DNA from: the human T2T-CHM13v2.0 reference genome, Homo sapiens
Assembly: GCF_009914755.1 (NCBI RefSeq)
Contig: NC_060934.1
Direction: 5' to 3' (one strand)
Length of the DNA: 64,000 nucleotides
Both the position numbers and the translations under genes were made by a program. Shown in pieces: positions 55,331 to 64,000 of the stretch (positions are counted from its first letter, which is position 1; each line of letters opens with the position of its first letter). Below the pieces are notes generated by a model. The model was not told the DNA's origin and made no database searches. It saw only the letters and a program-made list of their open reading frames with translations.

Positions 55331-56642
55331 TGCATAAGACTCAATACTGTTAGTATATTTCCATTTTCTCTGGAAGTAAATGAAAGGAAGCTATTTTCTG
55401 ATTCATTTAGTTATTTTACTGCACAGAAACCAAACAACTTATAAAAAAGGTATCTCTACCTAAGATGGTAGTTTACACTAGTCCAAGGTATATTACTTCT
55501 CAGAAAATAGAACAGGTAGGAAAGAGGTTGTAGCAAATAATTTTCATGCTCCCATGAGCTGGAGCCTTATTGTGCTTGCAGTCTGGCAAATTCCCAGGAT
55601 TTCAGACACAGGCTTATATAAATATAGCATTATGAAAACATAAATGTCTGAGTGGGGGGTGAAATGCATTACTCCATCAGCATGGGCATTTTTATTTTGT
55701 TTTAAATTCTCATTATTGAGCACCTACTATGTGCTTATCACTACTTTAGGTGCTTTATACGTGCCATTTTATTTAACCCTCGGCATTATTCCATGAAGTA
55801 GGTATTATCCTCATTGTGCATTTGAGGAAACTAACACTCAGAGATATTTACTTGGATTTATGAGCAATGTCTGCATTATAAACTAGAGGTGGGAAGACTA
55901 GTTAGGATGCTTTGCAGTAATCCACTTGAGAGACATTGTCAGTCTGTGAGAACAGAAAGTGAATCTCTTGGAAAGATTCTACAATGTTATTGTTTTTGCC
56001 CAAAATGGCACATTACAGAAATCAATTAATTAAGTTAAAAAGCAACTATATGTACAAACATGTTTCTATGACTCTTCTATATCATACAATTTCTCTTTGA
56101 TAAATGTGATTTATAAATAAATTAAGTGCACTTGGGTTCAGAGATGATGCCCAAATTCTCATCTAGTCTCTATTTTTAAAGACATTTACAAAGAGAGATT
56201 GAGAAACTTTCCTTGTGAAATGTTCAGCAATCCTGGCTGCCAGAGCCTCCTTTGGATAACTGACAATAAAACGAAGTTGTTTCTTAGTGAACATTAAGTT
56301 GGCCTTGAATGGTTCACTATTATATCAATAATTTACTCTTATTAAGAAGCTACCAAATGAAAATAGCCAATATCATTTTGCTTTATCTATTAATAGCTGT
56401 TTCATAATACCTTTCCTTTCTCAATGAATTATACCTACATATAGCTGTAATATAAAGGAATATCTTTAAAATATATTTTTATGAACTCCTTTTTGAATAA
56501 ATGCAAGACTAATCTTTAGCCAGAGTGAGCAGTTACATGTTTGGTGACTAAAAACATTTCTTCCACTAAAGAAGCTGAAGGTGAAGACCTGAATTATATT
56601 ATCTGAAACTCCTTCAGCATAAAAATACTAATTATATTAGCA

Positions 56643-56859
56643 CAGGGTTTCTCAACCTCAACACTATTTGGACCAGATAATTCTTTGTTGTGGGAGGCTG
56701 TCCTGTGCAAAGTAGATGTCAAGCATCATCTTTGGCCTTTACCCACTATACTTTTAAATTGACAACTGTCGCATCCCAAATTATGACAATCAAAATGATC
56801 TCCAGACATTGCCAAATGCCTGCTGAGGAGGCAAAATTGTCTCCAACTGAGAACTATAG
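56643..56859 (+). mobile_element. MER20 hAT-Charlie fossil
   Basis: cagggtttctcaacctcaacactatt...ctccagacattgccaaatg...actgagaacta. Confidence 0.88.
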
Positions 56860-57650
56860 TCCCAGAGGTAAATATTAGTTACTCCACTTTCGGTCATAGA
56901 TAAAATGATTTTGATTTTCCATGTAGGCAATAAGAATAAGTCTCAATAGAGTGGTTTATCATTTTATTATTAGAAATAAATTTATCCTTGTTTAAAATAG
57001 CAATATATATCCATTGCGCAGAAAAATATAAAATACAGATAAAACTATCAGAAAGGAATATTTAATCACCCCATTGCCATGTTCCACAGATAATCAGCAT
57101 GATTATTTATGTATTTTTTATCATACTCTTAAAAATGAGATTATATTGTATGTACTAATCAGGAACCTGGTTATTTACAAATTAATACTATATGACTAGT
57201 AATTATCCACTTATAGCATGATTTTAAATATAAAGACATTCCATTCTATGGCTTTACCATTGGTAAGTCACCCATTCATTTAATATAGTTAAACTCAATG
57301 TGTTAAGCCCTGTGCTAGGTGCTATGGATAAAACGGTAAAGAAGACAGAGGGGCAAGAAACTATCCTCATGAAGGTGCAGAGACTAACAAAGCACATAAA
57401 CAAGGTAAGAGAGAGAGAGGAAATAGCCTGACACCCTCTAGTAAGACAGGTCTTCATGACCAGGAGAGGTGGATCAAGACAGATGAGAGCACAAAAGTCT
57501 TCATTTTAGTGAAGTAACTGGTGCTGAAGACAAGCTATTGTCCTATGGATCCGTGTTTCCCTCTATGCACTTATCAATGTGCTGCTTAATAAGTGATAGA
57601 ATAATTAAAATTTTTATATGAACTTGAATATCCCAGTCATTCTTACCCTG

Positions 57651-57994
57651 TGATATAGTTTGGCTCTGTGTCCCCACCCAATTCTCACCTTGAATTGTAA
57701 TCTCTATAATCCCCACATGTCAAGGGCAGGACCAGGTAGAGGTAATTGAATCCTGGGGGCAGTTTCCTCCATGCTGTTCTCATGATAATGAATGAATCTG
57801 ATGGTTTTATAAGTGTCTGGCTTTTTCCCTGCTTGCACTCATTCTCTCTCCTGCCATCCTCTGAAGAGGTGCCTTCCGCCATGATCGTTAAGTTTCCTGA
57901 GGCCTCTCCAGCCATATGGAACTTGAGTCAATTTAAAGCTCTTTCCTTTATAAATTACCCAGTCTTTATAGCAGCTTGAGAATGGATGAATACA
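57651..57994 (+). mobile_element. THE1D-like solo LTR
   Basis: tgatatagtttggctctgtgtcccc...gaataca with perfect 5-bp TSD ccctg (57646-57650, 57995-57999). Confidence 0.93.
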
Positions 57995-58279
57995 CCCTGC
58001 TTTGGTAACCTTTCTGCTGCTCTTCCTCTCTCCTCCATTCCCTTAAATGTGCAGACAAATGTTTGATGTATTATAGCTGTGTTCTCTCAATAGGTCTGGA
58101 TATATACAGAGTGAGCCTCTGCCCCTGTTGAAAACGATGATTTTTTTTAAAAAAAAAGCAATTGAACTCACATTGAGAGCTTGTACTCTAGACTACCAGT
58201 CTTTTTGTTTTATTCATAGTGTTTCCTCCAAGTGTAACAACAACCCTATCACCTAATAATTAGGGTTAATTAACTTCTT

Positions 58280-58845
58280 TTCTTGCCAGCTGGTCCCTTA
58301 CTAGAAGGAGCCTTGGAAGAAGGAGGTCAATGGGACGCTTGCCTGTCCCTCTTGCCTATTTGTCTGCAGTACTCAGAGTTGTGGGAACGGTAAGCAAAAT
58401 TCCCCTGAGTAGATCACTAGCAGTGATGGGAAGCAGGGCTATTCCTTTCTCATTCCTTGGTTCCTTGGCCCATGGATTTTACCAGTTGTGGACACAGCAC
58501 TGTATAATTGTCTTTGATTTAGAGTGTATACTGTATTCTCAGGGACAGCATCTCATCTTCATTGGGTACCATTTATAAGCTGGCATTTTAACAAACAGTT
58601 CCACCACTCTTTCAGTCCTGCAGCTCCTGCATGTTATAGTATGAGACACAACCAGTAGATCTCATCGTCATATGCCCACTGCTGTACCTCCTTTGCTTTA
58701 AAATGGGTCCTTTGGTCTGTGCAGTGTTATGTGATCAGTGGATCAAACATTCTGTAAGCCCGCAGAGAGTGATGCTGGATGAGGGCCTATAGGCAAAGAA
58801 AGACAGACTTGTACCAAGAATAAAAGTTGATTGTCATCAATATGA
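58280..58845 (-). mobile_element. ERVL-class (class III ERV) pol integrase remnant
   Basis: The minus strand translates to degenerate ERVL integrase: GLTECLIH...DQRTHFKAKEVQQWA...AAGLKEWWN...LNQRQLY...IHGPRNQG, compared with ERVL SDQGTHFTAKEVRQWA...AAGLIERWNG. Confidence 0.82.
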
Positions 58846-58847
58846 AG

Positions 58848-59040
58848 TCATCACTTGCATTCAACATTGTACTAGCCAATCCAATATGTCAAAAAAAGAA
58901 AGAAAGAAGAAGGCCATTTGGATTGGAATGGAAGAAATAAACTATTTGCAGATGAAATGCTTATGCAGAAGGTTCAAAAGAATCTACAAAAACCAATAAG
59001 TCAGAACCAATAAGTGACTTTAGAAAGGCCATAGAATGTG
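58848..59040 (+). mobile_element. Ancient L1M ORF2 RT fragment
   Basis: attcaacattgtact...ctatttgcagatga (LFAD motif region). Confidence 0.7.
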
Positions 59041-59758
59041 TAATATAAACTCTTACCTTATGTCATTTATATAACAATGGGAACAAGATACATTTACAAA
59101 TTAAATACAAAAAATAATAAAATTGACAAATAAACAGCATCATTTTGGTGCATTTCTTTTTCCTTTGCTTTAGTATGAATATGAGACCCCCATAACATCC
59201 TACATTGTTTGAGATAAGCATGCCTATTATTACCTTGTTCCATGTGATAATTCAAATTCTTCTTCCACTGCTTTTTATTTCAACTATTCATACAGCCTTC
59301 TGACGTCAATTTGCATTTAGTTGGCTTCAATGCTTCACTTATTTGTTAATCTTAATTAGTAAGCACAAATAAAAGTGACATAACTTGGACTTCACACAAT
59401 CATAATCGCAAGTACAAATATGTAAACTTTGGCACTGAAATCTTGTGGTGGTACTCAGATGTACGTTACCACCAAAATAATCAATAATATGTTTATATTA
59501 ATTAATTTTTAAAGGTTTTCAGAAAAATGTAAAAAATTCACAAAGAGACCCTGTGTAAAAATATATCTGTGGACAGGGGTACATAGATTCCAGTTTTGAG
59601 AAACACTAGTAAATCCTGCTAATTTGAAAATAAACCTATATGATCTGATAATAAGTCTTGTTTTGTGTTCTATTCATTAGATTTAGAAACTCTTTTATGG
59701 TTAGTGAGGGTTTGTTTCTTATTTCCTGACGGATAGTAGGCACTTATCCAATACTTAG

Positions 59759-60126
59759 TGATATGGCCTTGGCTCTGTATCCCCACCCAAATCTCATCTT
59801 GTAGCTCCCATAATTCCCACGTGTTGTGGGGGGGACCTAGTTTGAGATGACTGAATCATGGAAGCAGGTCTTTCCTGTGCTGTTCTCATGATAGTGAATT
59901 GGTCTCACAAGATCTGATGGTTTAAAAACAAGAGTTTCTCTGCACAAGCTCTGTTTTTGCCTGCTGTCATCCACGTAAGATGTGCCTTGCTCCTCCTTGC
60001 CTTCCGCCATGATTGTGAGGCCTCCCCAGCCATGTGGAACTGTAAGTCCAGATGGCTGGACTTCTTTTGTAAATTGCCCAGTCTCAGGTATGGTCTTTAT
60101 CAGCAGCGTGAAAATGGACTAATACA
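59759..60126 (+). mobile_element. THE1A/B-like solo LTR
   Basis: tgatatggccttggctctgtatcccc...ggactaataca, with flanks cttag / cttac. Confidence 0.92.
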
Positions 60127-60289
60127 CTTACAGATCAAACGATGCCCGAATTCCTCTTCAGTCGATAGAATGTCTTTGACCTACATAAAATGTTAAGCTT
60201 CAAGATTTGTCTTTTGATTGTAAAAATGGGGACATTTTATATATGCCATATAATCAAAAATAGATGTTCAAATTATTACCTGAATGCTA

Positions 60290-60530
60290 AGCATTAAATG
60301 GTTTTATATACAGCATGAGAATATGAGTTTTATCTCATTTGGTCCTACCACAGCTCCATGCAGAAGGTTATGTTGTTAACCTCACTTCTAGTGCTTAGAA
60401 AAGTATGAAAGCACTGAGGTTTGGAGAGGGTAAGCAACTTGTCTAACATCACCCAGCTACTAAGCAGCAGAGTTGAGGTTTGAACTCAGCCAGATTGGCT
60501 CTGAGCCAGAACACTACACTCCCATGTCTA
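60290..60530 (-). mobile_element. MIR SINE
   Basis: actgaggtttggagagggtaagcaacttgtctaacatcacccagctactaag. Confidence 0.78.
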
Positions 60531-62356
60531 AACTCAGAGAATCCTGGAAGCATCTTGGATATATTTGCCTTCTAAGTTCTGCAATTTGCCCTCCAGCTGA
60601 TTAAGTTTCTTGGAATGCCTATTACATAAACATAAGTGAGGAAACCTCATTTTTGGTCATGAAGGTCCATAAGGAAATTAGCTCTCAATGGTTGTTTAAT
60701 AGGTTTATTTGTACTCTGGAGTTTTGTGCTTCCATTTTTTTAATAATTTGATTTGGGCAGCTGTGGTGTGCTATTAATGTGTTAGGACCACTAATGTACT
60801 TATGTGAAGATACTGACATTTTATGATAAAGAAAGAGATGATTCTGATTCCCTTTGATAATCAAAACTTACCACTTCTCTTTAAAATACACAAGCAGAGG
60901 AACTGCTTCTCCTTCATTTTCTACATTAACCCAGATGGAGCCAGAAGAGATTCACGAGCCATCTGGATTTAATTAGGCAGTGTACTATGTGAATATGCTG
61001 GTAGCAGTGTTGCTCTGGGGAATTAGCTTTAATGGAGAGAACCTTAGATTTGGAATCAGTAATTCTGGTTTCTCACTGGCCTCTGCCACTAACTAACCTC
61101 TCACTTAATGTTTTTATTTTATCAAAAGAATGTCTTCTCTGCTCCCTCACTGGGTTTTACTTTGGAGATCAAATAATAAATCATTTGGAAATGATTCAAA
61201 AAGCACACACCACTGCAGAATGCAAAAGATTCGTTTACTATTACCACAGTACTGCAGAATTTAAGCCGTGCTTTGTTTGTTTTTAACAACTTCTACAATT
61301 ATATGATAATTAACCCTCTTTCTCATTTGTGACAACTTGATCGAACCAAAGATGAGGAGTATGGCATTTTGGAGCTCTAATTTTGAGGTCCAGTCTCTGT
61401 ATCTCTTTGCTCAGCCATGAGCTCCCTATCATAAAATTAAGGTTTGCTTTTATTTTCAAACCTCCTCTCCTCTTATTTCCCTCAGGTTTCAAAAGTTGAA
61501 ATATTTAGGCATGATTCTTCAGGCTTTGCAGGAAGTTAAAGAAGTATTATTGATTCCACATTGGGCTATGGATTCCAAAACCATTCAAATGAGAGAAAAA
61601 TAATTTATAGAGCTTGTAATTAGCCAGCTGTGGCTGAGGGGAACCAGATTCTATTACGGGAAACATCAGCTGGATTAAACAATAGCTGTGTGCAATTCCC
61701 ATTCTGGCCCCAGCTTGTAAGTGGAGTGACTCCGCACAGAGTTTACTCATTGAAAGATATTTGTGGCCATCCTCATTTTATGGCCAAAGATTTGGAAATT
61801 TGGGACATGAAGCATGTTCCTGAGAAAAATATCAACTGTTTATTAGGCAGCTTATAGTCAGAAGAGCAAAAATATGCTATATATTCACTTATATCAGACT
61901 CTCAGAACCAGTTTTGCTCCTTTGGAAAGTCAGAAAGATAGACAAAAAACAAAAATAAAAAAACGAAAGACAACAATAGAAAAACCCAGCACATGAGCAC
62001 TGAAAACCTAGAACCATCAAGAATTTTATTTTATTTTATTTTATTTTTAGGTTTCTTTTTAGTCATTTTGCCAAACTCACGGCTCCAGGAGTCTTAGTCT
62101 GATTGAGGATCTGGAAAACAGATTTTCGTTCGTTTTCTTTCCTAGCATCAAACTTCGTTTTTGTACTTTTTAAATTTCTTTTCAAGATATTTTAAAATGT
62201 CATTATACAGATAACGTGATCTCTGTAGAAAAATTTTATACCTATTAACAAACAAAAATGAAATAAAATGAAAAGTATTAATTAACATGAACAACATCTG
62301 AGGTTAATCATCATCTTTGTTGAACTTACTTCATTAGCTCAATGAAGAAGTAATCA

Positions 62357-62709
<353 letters not shown>

Positions 62710-63323
62710 CTAGTAAAAGCTAATCCCAAGTAAGATCTTACTGTATGCCAAACAATGTTCCGATCACTGTATAAGTTTATTCCCAACAATCCCTAGTAGG
62801 TTCTCTCATCCCTATTACAGAGGTAACAAATGTAAGGCACAGAGATGTTTAGTAACTCACCTAGGGTCTCACAGTAAGGGGTAGAGCCTGGATTCAAACC
62901 CAGTAGTCCAACTCCAGAACCTATATTCTAAACCAGTAGTCAGCAAATTATAGCTTATATGCCAAATCAGGTCTTACCATTGATTTTTGCAAATAAAATT
63001 TTATTGAGAAACACACACATCAATTACAAACTTAAAACTCAGGGACAAACCTTGGTGATTATACATAGGTATATCCATGGTCTTCTAATTCTTTCTGATT
63101 TTTTTTAAGAAAGAAAAGAGAAGATAATATCTAAGAATAAAGCATTTGTTAAACTTCCTTAATATTCCAGACAACTACCACTCAAAGAATTTGTAAGAAA
63201 AATGTGTTGTATGTTACCTCAAGGAGAACAGAACGTGAGTTCATTAAACATTTTCCATCAACTAGGAAGGACTTAACCCTCAGACAGATTTTTATAACTC
63301 TGTCTTCGATTAGCACAGCTAGC

Positions 63324-63893
63324 TGTTGCAAAGGAGAAAAAGTAATATATTTTCCTCACCCATCACAAGGTTCATTGCTGACACCCTTATAACAAAAGGC
63401 AGATTAGTAAGAGAAAAGCATAACAAACTTATTTTTAAAAAGTTTTTTGTGGAGCTTGCAGTGAGCCGAGATGGTGCCACTGCACTCCAGCCTGGGCAAC
63501 ACTGCAAGACTCTGTCTCAAAAAAAAAAAAAAGTTTTTTGTGACACAGAAGCCTTTGGAAATAAGATCCCAAAATTGAGGGAAAATTGTATTTTTATAAT
63601 TAGGTTTGATGAAGAATGAACAGTCATAAAGTACAATTGGACAAAAAGGGGGTGCGACCTATTGATAACCAACTGGGAATATGTATCAAGGCCTGCTTAT
63701 TCAGATTCTTCTTGGCCTCTCTATGAAGTATTCCTTCTTTCTGGGCATAGGACACCTGCCACATGAGGGTCTTCAAAAAAGAGGAAGTAGGAGAAGGTCA
63801 GAGACTTTCTACAGTTTTCTCACTTTCCTTTAGCTTAAACTACTCAGTACACCAAGTACCATATTTTGGGGAAGCATTTCCTGCATCCCATTA
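63324..63893 (-). mobile_element. MER34-like ERV1 solo LTR
   Basis: The minus strand starts ...aaatgcttccccaaaatatggtacttggtgtactgagtagtttaagctaaagg...tctctgaccttctcct, the MER34/39-group signature. Confidence 0.72.
63452..63532 (+). mobile_element. Severely 5'-truncated AluY-like insertion
   Basis: gagcttgcagtgagccgag (AluY-type) through the A tail. Perfect 15-bp TSD aaaaagttttttgtg at 63437-63451 and 63528-63542. Confidence 0.9.
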
Positions 63894-64000
63894 CTGCATT
63901 ATTGATGTAGCTCAAGACTTAATTAAAACACTGACTTATGCCTTAATGCTAAGTGGAACTCTAGAAATGCTACTACTAAGTTTGAGATCCTGGTTTGGAA

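Noticed and set aside
57651-60126. Two same-orientation THE1 LTRs flanking retroviral sequence as one provirus
   Set aside because: The LTRs are different subfamilies, each with its own TSD. The internal ERVL piece is on the opposite strand and much more diverged.

Overview
Primate (very probably human) genomic DNA, AT-rich and CpG-depleted, with no CpG island and no intact protein-coding gene, tRNA, rRNA or CRISPR array that I can support. About half or more of the window is interspersed repeat. It contains a near full-length, dead L1PA6/7-like LINE-1 (1-5968, minus; 3' end outside the window). An older L1PA15/16-like element (9796-14541) carries a nested AluSc and a nested younger L1PA 3' fragment. 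There are also four other Alus, four THE1 solo LTRs, other MaLR/ERVL/ERV1 LTRs, an ERVL integrase remnant, hAT and Tigger fossils, L2, MIR and L3 remnants, and a full-length RPLP1 processed pseudogene (minus, about 50586-51153). Nearly all ORFs in the track are repeat-derived or chance. I found no convincing novel multi-component system. The most interesting unexplained structure is a set of local copy and fold-back footprints: a ~285-bp segment copied from 1.37 kb away into a MER5 element, a double inverted duplication in the pseudogene 5' UTR, a hairpin rearrangement that truncates L1 ORF0, a ~108-bp AT-spacer palindrome and a perfect 44-bp tandem duplication. Several repeat-free, motif-dense blocks are candidate enhancers. 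Repeat subfamily calls come from recalled consensus sequences and need RepeatMasker/Dfam confirmation.
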